A stretch of 64,000 bases of DNA from Eledone cirrhosa (GCA_964016885.1 OZ024743.1:239072001-239136000); one strand, 5' to 3'. Counted from the stretch's first letter, positions 28,235-41,647 are shown. Made by a program: numbers and translations. The notes: generated from the sequence alone by a model not told the origin.

Positions 28235-28310
28235 TAAAATAAGAAATAGAGAGTGCCAAGAAGGAACGGAAAAGAGTTTAAAAAAAAAAAAAGTGTGCAT
28301 TCAGTCATCA

Positions 28311-28336
<26 letters not shown>

Positions 28337-28343
<7 letters not shown>

Positions 28344-28383
28344 GAAATTGAAGATGAAATTTGATTAACAACATTGGCTTCCC

Positions 28384-28455
<72 letters not shown>

Positions 28456-28502
28456 GGGAAGCCAATGTTGTTAATCAAATTTCATCTTCAATCTCTATAC
28501 AT
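28337..28502. repeat. Inverted repeat with a (TA)n core
   Basis: 52-bp arms 28337-28388 and 28451-28502 separated only by self-complementary (TA)n. Confidence 0.9.
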
Positions 28503-28585
28503 GTTTCATCTACCAGTACCTTAACTCTTTGTAGTTTACCTTTCACACCAAAATAAGAGTGGATATTTCACTCTCATTCTCTCTC

Positions 28586-28649
<64 letters not shown>

Positions 28650-28708
28650 ACTCTCTCTCTTTATACACACACACACTCACACACACACATATATATATAT
28701 AATATATG

Positions 28709-29303
28709 TATGCATCGCTATTTCAGAGCACCAATCCTAATACCTAATTTTTGCTGGAACGGCATTCCATCTGTATAATCAGCTCCGGATTATTACTGGA
28801 ATTCTATAATTTTCTCTCTCTCTCTATATATATATATATGAATGTATGTATAGTATATTTGGCAATATACCGTATGTTTAATTAAAAACATTTAGAAGAC
28901 CATACGCTATCAGTTTTAAAGTAGTGACTATGCCAATTACTTATTTTCGGCGAAAGAAGTGAGAGAAGCTGATAGTCTGTTTCACGCTGGCTGGCGTTCA
29001 TCGGAGTCACGTATACCCCTGCTTCCGCTGAAAATTATAGAAGCTGGATTCTTATAGAATTCCAGTAATAATCAGGAGCTAATTATACAGATGGAATGCC
29101 GTTCCAGCAAACATTAGGTATTAGGATTGGTGCTCTGAAATAGCGATGCATACGTGAATGTAGATATAGTATATTTGCAATATACCGTATGTTTAATTAA
29201 AAACGTTTAGAAGACCATATGCTATCAGTTTTAAAGTAGTGACTATGTCACTTACTTCTTTTCGGCAAAAGAAGGGAGAAAAGCTGACAGTCTGTTTCAC
29301 GCT
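28709..29303. repeat. Interleaved inverted and direct duplication
   Basis: 28709-28809 is inverted at 29052-29152; 28839-28989 is directly repeated at 29155-29304. Confidence 0.85.
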
Positions 29304-30053
29304 GTACTAAACGTGATGGAAAAGAAAACCCAAATCAATCTCGCATTGAACATGTTCCAATCACATAACATGAAAATACCTAATCCCGTTCCAAAAAGCC
29401 ATAAATGTAGCAATATACGTAGCCTACTATACTTTAGGTAAAATAAGCAACCACGTACGTCAGTACTATACTAAACACACTGTCCCATGCATATCAATGA
29501 CTAAATCTATATGAATTACTGACAGGCATGCAGCATGTTAATACATTTGGTTTTCATTTGAAGGTGGATTTTTTGATAGTCGCTTAATATGTTAGAAATA
29601 GCAGCTAATTCATATTCTATAATTTTAAAGAAAGACTGAATAATGTAATTCTAGACATACACTTAAAATCCATGGTGGTAATGGTCGGAATGACTCTGAT
29701 TAAAGTTATTTCAACAATGCAAATTGACAGTCGTTAAGGTGGTGTATAAAATGCTTCATGGTATTTGTATTTATTTGAATTCTTTGCGTTCTGAGTTCAA
29801 ATCCGCCGGAGGTCAATTTTGTCTTTAATTCTTTCGTACGTTGATAAAAAAACAAAAGCACTAGTCAAGGGCAGTTAGAGCATACAAAAAATGCCTTGCT
29901 GTATTTACTTCGGCTATTTACTTCTTGTTTCCATTCCGCTTGGGTAACATAATTAATCCGTCTCCTTGTTTAACACTGCCTTTTTTTTCCAAGGAATATT
30001 TAACTGTGAACACACTGTTGCAAAGTTTGGCGACCATGTCTCCAGTTTGAGGA

Positions 30054-30127
<74 letters not shown>

Positions 30128-30504
30128 ACGACCCCCCCCCATCTCACTCCTACCAGTTTCAGAGGCACCGATGGCACTCAGGCACGAGCCTTTCTCCCCC
30201 AATTAAACGATAAACGAAAAAAAAAAATGACAACCAATGTTTTGTCATATCAATAATTTTGCTGAGTCACTAACAAATATTTCTAACGATACAACCTGTA
30301 CCATCTATAAGAAGTATGTTAGGTATGGATGTATGTGTACGTGTAAATATACAATATATTGTAAATGTAAATTAACTAAAGGTATGTAAATATCAGTATC
30401 ACACTCTATGTGAATATATACCAGGGAAGAATCATTTCACTCTGTCTCTTTCCACACATATGCACACAAGTGTGCATGTTTTCTCCCCTCTCCCCCCTCT
30501 CTTG

Positions 30505-30587
<83 letters not shown>

Positions 30588-30945
30588 CATAAATATATAT
30601 ATATATATATATATATTAAAATAACAGATTAAAGTTTAAGCAAAGAATCGCTGCTTTCACCCTTAACGGGATCTTGTTCAATTTTATTATTATTACTATA
30701 TATATATATATATATGTGTGCGTGTGGAAGTATTTGTATATAATATATCTCATTTTCCACACACAAATACACACACATGGTATATATTTCTCTCTCCCCT
30801 CTTTTTCTTTCTTTCTTTCTCCCCCTCTCTCTCTCTATATATATATAGTGGTAGAACACTGGAAGTTAATAACAGTAGTGGTTGAGCACTCAGTCCATGG
30901 GACGAGTTAGGTACAAGTGCTTACACAACAGTTAGATCACCATAC

Positions 30946-30983
30946 CGAGAACAATTGTTTCACCTTAGCGGATCCTCAGCTCG
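30946..30983 (-). ncRNA. Minimal type I hammerhead ribozyme downstream of a PLE endonuclease fragment
   Basis: Reverse complement: cgag CTGAGGA tCC-gctaa-GGt GAAA caattg TT ctcg; palindromic stem III ACAATTGT. Confidence 0.78.
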
Positions 30984-31164
30984 TAATGGACATGGTTATA
31001 CGGAACAGGAAGGACAGCCGTACGAACGCGCATGCTCAGAAACCGTCACTTCACACAGGCAATACTAAAAAGCGTGCGAGAGGTGTAAGGGAGTTAACTG
31101 CAAAAGTCCCAAAAGTTTCTAGTTGATAAGAAAATTAGGATGTTATTGTGATTCAATCCGGAGG

Positions 31165-31358
31165 TTAGTAGTTATGTAAGAGGTGTTTCGAGATGTGTGG
31201 GCAACGTGTGAAGAAATCATTTATCGTGTTTAGGCAATCACTATTACATAATCTCTTTAGAATATTTAGTCGTTCATCAATACATAGTGTACACGACGGA
31301 TGTCTCCTTGCGTATGGCTTGGACTTAGTGGTGGCTTTCCATTGAATGGAGTAGTCTA
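31165..31358 (-). pseudogene. PLE GIY-YIG C-terminal fragment
   Basis: DYSIQWKATTKSKPY...CTLCIDERLNIL...CLNTINDFFTRCPH. Confidence 0.82.
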
Positions 31359-31359
31359 T

Positions 31360-31391
<32 letters not shown>

Positions 31392-31509
31392 TATATATAG
31401 TAATAATAATAAATCTGAAGACTAAAATCCAAAGAGGGCTCGATAAGGATGAATATATATCAAATATATAAGAACCGTAGAGCAAATATTTATTAAAATA
31501 ACAGACTAA

Positions 31510-31560
31510 AGTTTAAGCAAAGAATCGCTGCTTTCACCCTTAACAGGATCTTCTGAAACT
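31510..31560 (-). ncRNA. Hammerhead motif, U4>A variant (mirror copy)
   Basis: Reverse complement of 33909-33959 with one stem II change. Confidence 0.6.
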
Positions 31561-32429
31561 AACAAAGTCAATCTGTGAACGCAGAAGTGAATATTTCAAA
31601 AAAGTTGCAACCGGAAGAAGAGAGGAAGACGGTTCATGGAAACGTTCATGGAAACGTTCCCTGGCAAAGAACGGGAAAAAAGAATATAAAACGTCGTTAT
31701 TTGGAGCGGTGAAAAACAATTACACGCAAAGACAAAACCACGTTTATGGTATAAAAGAAGTCGTAGACTAATATTCTATTAGGTGGTTCATAGAGACGTT
31801 CTCTGGCAATGAACGGAAAACGAAGATAATACGTCATATGTGGAGCGGAGAGAACAATTGCAGCAAAGACAAAACTACGTAAATGGTATAACTGAAGTCG
31901 TAGACTAAAATTCTAACTAGGAAACCGAATGATTCTCGGCTTCAGAGTTAAGAATAAAGTAAATATAATACAGAGGTATTTGAAATTAAATAAATACATA
32001 CACGCATAGGTACATACATAAGCATACATGAAAACTCTCGCCATAGATATACAAATACACGCACGCTCACAAAAGATAAAACAAACAAAAAAACCGCACG
32101 CACATACAGAACCCGCGCAGCGCCGGTACCTGCACGCATACGAATGTATACACTAAATACACATAAAAATATATAAAAAAATATATATACATATATATGT
32201 TTGTGTGCGTGTATACATATAAATAAATAAACGTATATAAATAAATACGTTTGGTATAACCAACCATATAATATGGAGGTGGCCATTATGAAGCATTTTC
32301 CCCTACACATAAATATAGTAACATTTTTAATAGAATACTATTAAAATTTCTTACTCTACGACTCCTAACCTTGCATAACATCACAGCTTCAAATTTAGCT
32401 AAACTACCTAGCCGTAGGAACACGTGCAT

Positions 32430-32870
32430 CCCTGTAGTTAGTACTAACTGTAATTCTAGGAATCGGGTTGACTGCCCCCTATCCGGGAAATGCCTCTCTA
32501 GTAACATTGTCTACAAATGTAAGGTTGAAACACCCACATCGCGTAGGGCCTACATAGGGTTAACCGCCAATAGATTCAAGAAGCGTCTTTACATGCATAC
32601 CCATTCTTTTTGTAACCCTTTAAGAAGGAATATGACGTCACTTTCAGCTTATATCTGGAGACTAAAAGACAACCACACCCAATATAACTTAGACTGGGAG
32701 ATCCTAGCTAGAGCTAGATCGTATAACGGAAATAAAAACCATGTGACCTCTGCGCCGCTGAGGCCCTGGAAATACTCTACGCCACAGACCACATCTTAAA
32801 CAAAAGAATCTGAGGCAATTTCGGCTTGTAATCATAAATTGCATAAAACTTTCCTGTATTACAGCCTCAC
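32430..32870 (+). pseudogene. PLE (Neptune-type) GIY-YIG endonuclease, frameshifted at the C-terminus
   Basis: NCNSRNRVDCPLSGKCLSSNIVYKCKV...AYIGLTANRFKKRLYMHTHSF...TSLSAYIWRLKD...WEILARARSY. Confidence 0.9.
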
Positions 32871-33908
32871 ATTATACCCTAACGGATAGTACGAACTATA
32901 CGCGGATATTTTACGTCTTGATGTGGTAGCTAAGTATATGTTATGTTTATACCATTACTTATTTGTATAGGGAAGTATATATTACGTGTATGTTTTGTGA
33001 AGGTACGTATACTTTCTTGGATGTATATTTGATTGTATATGTTATGGCGTATATATTATATATTCTGGTACTTTTGCTTTTGGTTATGTGTATACCTGAG
33101 TTTTGCGTCTGTGTAAGTATGCGGGTTAGTACGTATGTAGGGTGTGTGTATATGTGTACTTTGTGTTTTGGTTGACGTAGGTCTCCGAACATAAGTATAT
33201 TTACATGTAGGTATGTGTGTGCGCTTGTTATATACGTATTTATTTATTTATAAACGTTTATTTAATTATATGTATACACGCACACACACATATATATCAA
33301 TATTTTTTTAAAATATATTTTTATGTGTATTTGGTGTATACATTCGTATGCGTGCGGGTACAGGCGCATTGGGTTCTGTGTGTGCGTGCGGTTTTTTTTG
33401 GGTGGTCCTGCATGTATTTGCATACCTACGCCGAGTGTTTTCGCGTTTGCTTGTATATGGATGCGTGTATGTATTTATTTAATTTCAGTTAGCTCTGTAT
33501 TTTATTTACTTTATTCTTAACTCTGAAGCCGAGAATAATTCGGTTTCCTAGTTAGAATTTTAGTCTACGACTTCAGTTATACCATTTACGTGGTTTTGTC
33601 ATTGCGTGCAATTGTTCTCTCCACTCCACATATGACGTATTATCTTCGTTTTTTCCGTTCATTGCCAGAGAACTTCTCTATGAATCACCTAATAGGATAT
33701 TAGTCTACGACTCCTTTTATACCACAAACGTGGTTTTGTCTTTGCGTGTAATTGTTTTTCACCGCTCCAAATAATGACGTATTATATTCGTTTTTTCCCG
33801 TTCTTTTCCAGGGAACGTTTCCAAGAACCAAAGTATCGTCTTTCTCTCTTCTTCCGGTTGCAACGTTTTTTGAAATATTCACTTCTGCGTTCACAGATTG
33901 ACTTTGTT

Positions 33909-33959
33909 AGTTTCAGAAGATCCCGTTAAGGGTGAAAGCAGCGATTCTTTGCTTAAACT
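33909..33959 (+). ncRNA. Hammerhead motif with full stem III, U4>A variant
   Basis: agttt CAGAAGA tCCC-gttaa-GGGt GAAA GCA-gcgattctt-TGC TT aaact. Confidence 0.65.
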
Positions 33960-33970
33960 TTAATCTGTTA

Positions 33971-34311
<341 letters not shown>

Positions 34312-34341
34312 GTACCAAAATATACGGTAGTGTCCAATCGG

Positions 34342-34519
34342 TCTGAAGACAGCATATATATGTGAAGGTATGTATATTTCCTCTGATAGTTTGTAATATT
34401 TTTACATAGATCTATATGATATACATACCAACACACATATATATCCTAGAAACGATCGTAAAATGATGACATTTTTAATATAAGGAATTTGTTCTTTGTT
34501 TTATTCATGGTTTTTATTA

Positions 34520-34592
<73 letters not shown>

Positions 34593-34652
34593 TACATATA
34601 TATATATAAACGTATAAAAACACTGGAGAAACAGTAATGGGGATAGAGAGTG

Positions 34653-34713
<61 letters not shown>

Positions 34714-36230
34714 CGACATTACTATGGGCTCTAGTGATTCTTTCCCAAATTACCGATCTTGTGGGCCTCTTTCTTCTATTTAACATAAATGCTTCTTTTC
34801 CCCCACCTTAAAGGTGGTTTATATCTAACCAATTTAAAGTAAGATTTAATACCCACAAACACAGTTTTTAAAATGCCGCATTAGCTAATACAACATCCTT
34901 AGCTGAAATAATTAATAATTATAGAAAAAATAATATCGATTATAACCTGACCTGGAGTGTGCGCAAAAAGGCCACCCCTTATCAAAATAATAGATATGAA
35001 TGTAGATTATGTTCCCAAGAACTTTTTGAAATAATGAAATCTAAGGATATCCTATTAAATAAGCGACAAGAATTAATTATATCATGTAATCATAAAATTA
35101 GAAGAACTTTTAAATATTATAAACCTAATTAATATACACTTTACAAATTATTATAATAAACATTTTTTTTTAAAAATTAGTTAACCTATAATTAATATTC
35201 TACTACTAATGAACTGCATAATATTATTTCCCTTTCACAGCTATCTTTTCCTAAAATTTATACCAATAAGTATACATATAAACTATTTTAATTTCAGGTT
35301 ATGAATCTATATTCCTTGTAATCTATATAAATTTGTAATACATTTACCCCCCCACCCAATTATTATTATTATTTTTTTTTCCTTCGTTTTTAACAACATT
35401 CTTCAATTACATCTAACTCTTATTTATCATATCTATATGAATTAATATAAATTTATCAATATAAATATACCTATCAATTAAATTAATTTATTTTCTTTTT
35501 ATAGATGTAAATTCCTTATGTTTTAAATAAGATTGATATTTTTCACTAACACATTTATCGTAAAATTTTATTCTCCTTAGATTTTAACATTAGCATTATT
35601 CTTTTATAACATCAAATTTTCGTGTACCTTTCACCGGCTTGACCTATTTTCATCCCCAAATAATCTTTTCATTCAAAATACTCTTTCCATTCAAAACTGA
35701 AGTCTGCTTTCCTCTACCTCTAAATTAAATTTCTATTACTACTATTCTATCATCTTGACCACTTACTACCTTTCTATTGGTCAATTCAAACCTGTTCCCA
35801 AACAGACCTATTATATTAAATCTTTGTTGGTTTTTTTCAATAAACAAATATCATTATTTCTGAAGACAGCATATATATATATGTGTAGGTATGTATATTC
35901 CCTCTGATAGTTTGTAAACATTTTACATAGATCTATATGATATACATACCAACATACACATATATATCCTAGAAACGATCGTAAAATGATGAATTTTTAA
36001 TATACGGAACTGTTTCTTTGTTTTTATTCATTATTTTTATTAATTTATATATATATATATATATATGTTCACTCTCTATCCCCATTACTGTTTCTCCAGT
36101 GTTTGTATACGTTTACAGATTTTCTATATGATATTTCTGTTTATATTTTCCATTTATTTGCTAATAGTTTGTTTGTTTTCTCTATTTCTCTCGAAATTAA
36201 CTCGGTAATAGCTCGATCATTAAATAGAAC
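34342..36230 (+). mobile_element. PLE fragment with direct and inverted pseudo-LTR pieces
   Basis: 34342-34525 is directly repeated at 35859-36048; 34608-34658 is inverted at 36064-36114; GIY-YIG C-terminus at 34824-35132 (FKVRFNTHKHSF*...LTWSVRKKATPY...CRLCSQE...LNKRQELIISCNH). Confidence 0.82.
35851..35992 (+). ncRNA. Type I hammerhead ribozyme with extended stem II (about 105 nt)
   Basis: tcattattt CTGAAGA [atatatatgtgt..ggtatgtatat...atatacatacc..acacatatatat] GAAA cgatcg TA aaatgatga; 9-bp stem I. A second copy at 34343-34469 lacks the 5' strand of stem I. Confidence 0.75.
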
Positions 36231-36604
36231 TTATTGAAAGATGATGGATTGCTGAACAAACCTGACTTCACGGGATATCAACGAAGAAAAGAAAAAACAA
36301 ATACATAGACGTGAAAAACATGGTTGTCCTGCTGGCAACAGCCTTACACACGTACACTCACATTTAGAAAACACACATGCACACATATTAAATTCAAACA
36401 CACTTAATGAGAGAAACACATAGAGAACCTGAAACATACACTCATAGACACACACACAGGGTAATCCATACACTCACAATAGAAACAAAACCACAGGTTA
36501 AAAATGCATGTATACAACTAAAAAGAGAAAATTATACACTCACTCATTAAAACTTACACACACTCACACACACATAAACACACACAGCCCCCCCCCCACA
36601 CACA

Positions 36605-36857
36605 AATGGACTCCAGTTAAAAAATACAAAGAAAATAACGATCCATAATGGACTCCAGTTAAAAAGTACAAAGAAAATAACGATCCATAATGGAGTCTAG
36701 TTAAAAAGTACAAAGAAAATAACGATCCATAATGGACTCCAGTTAAAAAGTACAAAGAAAATAACGATCGATAATGGACTCCAGTTAAAAAGTACAAAGA
36801 AAATAACGATCCATAATGGACTCCAGTTAAAAAGTACAAAGAAAATACGATCCATAA
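36605..36857. repeat. 42-bp minisatellite, 6 copies
   Basis: Unit aatggactccagttaaaaagtacaaagaaaataacgatccat, no spacers. Confidence 0.95.
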
Positions 36858-37064
36858 TTTACATTAACAAGTACAATACAATAAAATCAACAATACTAAC
36901 AACATCTATATATGGAACATAAATGAACATATGTCACAACATAAAGAGGGCTAAAGACAGTTGAATAGAGCTTGATGTTCATCTTCCGAGCTAATTCTAG
37001 CTTATGCATCTTTACGTAATCCGAGGTCGTGTTTGTAGATAGTACTAGAGGCAATTGTGGTAAT

Positions 37065-37066
<2 letters not shown>

Positions 37067-37098
<32 letters not shown>

Positions 37099-40000
37099 CT
37101 TGAATCTCAGTCATTGATGTTGGTTAACTGGAAAGTCCGTTGGATTGAATATCAAGCCACTACCTGCAGCCTCAGATATTCAGGACGTATCGGAGGGTTC
37201 TTGCCGTTCCAAGCAAGCATGCCTTTTGAAGCGTTCCAAAAAGCGTGAAGGGGCCGATTTTCTTTAACCATCCCTGGAAACCTTTGGAGATAGTCCCCAG
37301 TGCGCCTATGACAATCGGGATCACTTTGACTTCATGGCAGTTCCAAATCCTTTTCACCTCCCACTTTAGGTCCTGGTATCGGTTAATTTTCTCCCTCTCC
37401 TTCTCTTGCACTCTCGTGTCGAACGGGCAGGCCACATCCACAATCAGGCACGATCTTTTTTCTTTGTCCACAACCACCAGGTCAGGTCTATTGTGTTCCA
37501 GTTTTTTGTCCGTCTGTATCCTAAAATCCCACAGCACCTTCACCTGACTGTTCTCCATCACCGCCTCTGGGCTATGCTCATACCATTTCTCAGAATGTGG
37601 TAGATTGTTTACTTTGCACAGGTGCCAGTGGATCACCCTGCCCATCACATCGTGTCTCCAGCCCTTATAGTGGGTCTGGGCTAGGTGTTTACACTCGGAC
37701 ACAATGTGAGCCACAGTCTCCTCTCTCTCTCCACAGATCCTGCACAGTGGGCTAGCCTCCTCCTTGTAGATATGGTGCTTCAACCACTTCGTTTTGAGGG
37801 CCTGCTCCTGCGCAGCCATTAGCATTCCTTCTGTAGCCTTTTTGAGGTCTCCTCTTCTCAACCAGTTCCATGTCTGTGGATCTCTAAATTCAGTTTTCTC
37901 AAAGAAGGTACTATGAAGGGATTTTCCCTTAAGGCTGCTCTTCCTCCTTGATGTTATTTCCTCCTTGGACATCCCCTGGCCTACTGTCCCCTCCTTCAGT
38001 ACAGTTCTGAGCATTGGCTCCTTACTATAGGTCACGTATTTGTATAGGTTGTTTTTCTCCATCTGAACACAGTCCTCTATGCTGATAAGACCTCTTCCAC
38101 CCTCAGATCTCCTTAGGTAGAGTCTATCGACATCACTCCTCTTGTGGAACATGTTGTAGATAGTCAATAGCTTCCTAGTCTTCCTATCCATTTCTTTTTG
38201 TTCAGCAACATTCCATCTCAGAATTCCCGCACTGTACCTAATAATAGACACAGCTCGGGAATTTACTGCGCTTATGGCATTTCTGCTGTTCAGACGTGAC
38301 TTCAATACGCTCCTTACTCTCCGAATGTATTCAGTTCTTAACAATTCCTTCATTTTTTTGTTCTTTATGCCATCAGCCTCCAGAACGCCCAAATACTTGT
38401 ATCCTTCCTCAGAGTCAATTTCCTTTATCATCTCACCTGTTGGTATCTGGATCCCGTTACTTCTGCTCAACCTACCCCTCTTCATCACAATGACTCCACA
38501 TTTACCAATACCAAACTGCATACATATATCACTGCTGAAAATACGGACAGTGTCAACAAGCACATCCAACTCCTTCTCACTTTTCCCGAAGAGATTAAGA
38601 TCGTCCATGAAGAGGAGGTGATTGATGGTAAGCTCTCCCCTTCCCAACTTGTATCCTGCTCTCACTTTTCGCAGCATAATGGTCAAGGGCATCAGGGCAA
38701 GGACAAACAACAGAGGGGACAGGCTATCTCCCTGGAAGATACCTCTCTTGATCTTCACGCTTCCCAAGGATACTCCAGTTGATGTCAACTCTGTCTCCCA
38801 GGACCCCATACTCCTGCCCAGCAACTGTCTGATGTTATCTGCCACCCTGAAGATCTCCAGGCTTTTGGTGATCCAGGAATGAGGCACCATGTCAAATGCC
38901 TTTCTGTAGTCTATCCATCCCATGGCAAGATCAGTGTGTCTCCTCCTGCAATTCCCCATTACCATCTTATCAATAAGCAACTGGTCCTTTGTACCACGTG
39001 ACTTCTTTCGGCATCCTTTCTGTTCGTCCGGTAACAAGTTGTTTGTGTGGAGGTGATGGTAGATTTCCTCAGACACAATGCTCGTCAACAGTTTCCACAT
39101 TACGGGCAGACATGTGATAGGTCTATAGTTGGTAACATCATTACCCTTGATTCGGTCTTTCATTATCAGAACTGTGGTACCTTTTGTCAACCACTCTGGC
39201 ACCTCACCCGACACCAAGCAGTCATTGAACATGGCCGTCAGCTTCGGGTGGAGGGATGTTAAATGTTTAATCCAATACCCCTGCACACCATCTGGGCCTG
39301 GTGATTTCCAGTTGGTTAGTTTTTTGGCTTGCCCCTTAAGAGTTTCAACTGTGATACTCAAATCAGTCTGTTGTTGTGCCTGCTCACCGATCTCCCTCTG
39401 TACTGTCTCAATCCACCCTGCCTGGGCATTGTGTCTAACATCCTGCTCCCATATTCCTCTCCAGAATGTTTTAGCTTGTTCCGCCCCAGGGATCAAGTCG
39501 TTGCCTCTTTCTTTCCCCTCAAGCTGTCCAAACAGCATCTTCTGGTTGTTGTCGAACATGCGGTTCTGTTTATACTGACTGACTCTGTTCTCGTATCGCC
39601 TGATTTTGGCACTCTTTGCTACAATGCGTTGCTTCAATTCCTCTATGATAATATTTAGCTTTTTACTCCTAGTTTTGGATTTTATTTCCAGTCTATTTTT
39701 AGTGCCTATGTTTTTTAGTGTCCCATTCAGTAGTGACTCAAGCTTTCCTATGTCATTTCTCATTTCCCCGATTTGCCCACTCAGTCGCTTCTTCCACCAC
39801 GGCTCTGCTCTTTCTTGTCTGTTGTTTCCTCTCGCTTTTATACCAAGTAGTTTCCTCACCGTATTTGCTGTTGCTTTGAGGATATTGTTGCAATGGTGAA
39901 GACTCCTCGCCTCAAGGTATGGGATGACTTTGTTTACCTTAGCTGTTGTTTCTTTTAACTTTTTCCTGTCTACAAATCTTAGGTTCATAGGTCTCCCACT

Positions 40001-40700
40001 ATCATTGTTCAATTCATCTACCACTAAATTTAGGATGTCAACCGAATCTTGTCCTAGCCCGTCAGCATTCATCTCCTCAGTGGCCGTATCTCTGTTCCAG
40101 GTATTATTTATCTCAGTATTCAGATCATTGTCTGCTTCGGGTGGTTCCTCCGTTCTCAGGACCTCCTCACCTTCATTTCCCACCGGCTCGCTTGTCTGGC
40201 ATACTACACCCGCCATCTCCAAGCCATTCTCTCTGCTCAGTTCCTCCAGTTCCAGCTCGCTTATCCACCCATTAGTTCTTATTACCCGAGCCTGCCCGGC
40301 CAATTTTTGTTCATCTAATTTAAATAAACCAATCTCGTTCCAGATGTTATGCATCCGTCTCCTGTAGCCCCTCTCCTTGGGGTTACTTTTCAGGTAGCAT
40401 TGCATAACAGTTCTATTCAATTCTTTCGTCCAGTTGGTTCTGGCCCCTTTCCTTCTTCTTCTTCCTCCAACATCAGCAGTATTTGGTTGACAGTCAGGTT
40501 CCTGCTGCTGAGCCAGGGGGCACCTGTTGGGTGAGAGTCTGTCACATGACGTTCTAGTCTCCATTTCACCGTTATTCGAACTGTTTATGTTCGATATTTA
40601 AACACTCTTATCGAGGATTGGCGAATGTATGTTTACATAGCCATCTGTGGATCCGCCATCCCACTTGGCCCTTGTGTGGCATTATCACCACGCTGTATAC
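37067..40700 (-). mobile_element. R4-clade (Dong/Rex6-like) non-LTR retrotransposon, apparently intact
   Basis: Single long ORF; about 75-nt 3' UTR followed by (TAA)n at 37067-37097; 5' boundary uncertain. Confidence 0.88.
37172..40564 (-). CDS. Reverse transcriptase with C-terminal CCHC finger and restriction-like endonuclease
   Basis: 1130 aa uninterrupted: KSPGPDG, NYRPITCL, WIDYRKAFD, GIFQGDSLSP, HLLFMDD, CRICGEREETVAHIVSEC, RHD, RPDLVVVD..IVDVACP, KINRY, PIVIGALG. Confidence 0.96.
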   Translation of the reverse strand: METRTSCDRLSPNRCPLAQQQEPDCQPNTADVGGRRRRKGARTNWTKELNRTVMQCYLKSNPKERGYRRRMHNIWNEIGLFKLDEQKLAGQARVIRTNGWISELELEELSRENGLEMAGVVCQTSEPVGNEGEEVLRTEEPPEADNDLNTEINNTWNRDTATEEMNADGLGQDSVDILNLVVDELNNDSGRPMNLRFVDRKKLKETTAKVNKVIPYLEARSLHHCNNILKATANTVRKLLGIKARGNNRQERAEPWWKKRLSGQIGEMRNDIGKLESLLNGTLKNIGTKNRLEIKSKTRSKKLNIIIEELKQRIVAKSAKIRRYENRVSQYKQNRMFDNNQKMLFGQLEGKERGNDLIPGAEQAKTFWRGIWEQDVRHNAQAGWIETVQREIGEQAQQQTDLSITVETLKGQAKKLTNWKSPGPDGVQGYWIKHLTSLHPKLTAMFNDCLVSGEVPEWLTKGTTVLIMKDRIKGNDVTNYRPITCLPVMWKLLTSIVSEEIYHHLHTNNLLPDEQKGCRKKSRGTKDQLLIDKMVMGNCRRRHTDLAMGWIDYRKAFDMVPHSWITKSLEIFRVADNIRQLLGRSMGSWETELTSTGVSLGSVKIKRGIFQGDSLSPLLFVLALMPLTIMLRKVRAGYKLGRGELTINHLLFMDDLNLFGKSEKELDVLVDTVRIFSSDICMQFGIGKCGVIVMKRGRLSRSNGIQIPTGEMIKEIDSEEGYKYLGVLEADGIKNKKMKELLRTEYIRRVRSVLKSRLNSRNAISAVNSRAVSIIRYSAGILRWNVAEQKEMDRKTRKLLTIYNMFHKRSDVDRLYLRRSEGGRGLISIEDCVQMEKNNLYKYVTYSKEPMLRTVLKEGTVGQGMSKEEITSRRKSSLKGKSLHSTFFEKTEFRDPQTWNWLRRGDLKKATEGMLMAAQEQALKTKWLKHHIYKEEASPLCRICGEREETVAHIVSECKHLAQTHYKGWRHDVMGRVIHWHLCKVNNLPHSEKWYEHSPEAVMENSQVKVLWDFRIQTDKKLEHNRPDLVVVDKEKRSCLIVDVACPFDTRVQEKEREKINRYQDLKWEVKRIWNCHEVKVIPIVIGALGTISKGFQGWLKKIGPFTLFGTLQKACLLGTARTLRYVLNI

Positions 40701-41647
40701 GAACACACATAAACAAACAAACACACGGGCAGAAAGGGCCCCAAAAATGAATAAGCATAAGTTTCATTGTAATGTAGTATTCGAATGTCTGACTTAGTTT
40801 TTGTTTTTCAAGTTTTACTTTTTCCCCCCTCTTCTCTGTCCGTCCGCCTGCTTCTCTCTTCATTCTTATTTTCTTTACGTTTTTGGGGTTTCTTTTTTTG
40901 TTTTTGTTTTTCTCTGTTTGTTTTTCTCGTTTTTTGCTGTTGTTGCTGTGCTGCTTTGGTTTTGTTGTTTGTTTTTTCTTTTTTCTTTTGAGTCTATCTA
41001 TATATTTTGATGCCTTCCTCTTTGTTAGTAGTAGGAATTCTATAATGTGGAAGTAGCAGCCAGCAGGGAGAAGTGGGAGACTGGCGGCGTTGGCGATACT
41101 GAGACAGTGGTGGTGGTGATGTCGATACCGAGGCAGTGGTGGCGGTGATGCGACCGTATTACTGTAGTGATGGTGCTGTAGCGGTGGCAGCAGCAGTGAA
41201 GGAGTCAAGGGGTGGTGGCGGCGGTGATGGGATAGTGGTGGTAATGATGGCCGTAGTGAGCGGTGGCGGTGAAGGTGAAAATGCTGTTGTGTTTAGTGTA
41301 CACAGATGATGGGGTGGGTGGTGTATCTAGTTTCTGGTGTTGGTGAGTTTAGCTGTCCTATATAGTGTAGCCAGAGGAGAGGAGGGGGGGGGTTCTTCTT
41401 CTTCCATTTATAGCCATTTTTTTTTTTTTTTTTGGATATACAGTGTACAATACAAAGTTGAATATTTGAATATTTGAGCCTTATAACAATATATTTTGGG
41501 TCCGAATTTTTTGGGGCTCAAGCCGGGTGCTTTACGTAGCATTTGTACTAAGAGTTGTTATTTCACAAAGGATTTAAATATGTTAAAAATTCAAAACTTA
41601 CGGGAGCGATTTCATGACCTCCGTCACCTAGTGCGTCTTCTTCCCTA

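Noticed and set aside
36605-36857. CRISPR-like regular repeat
   Set aside because: Contiguous 42-bp units with no unique spacers, in eukaryotic context with no cas genes.
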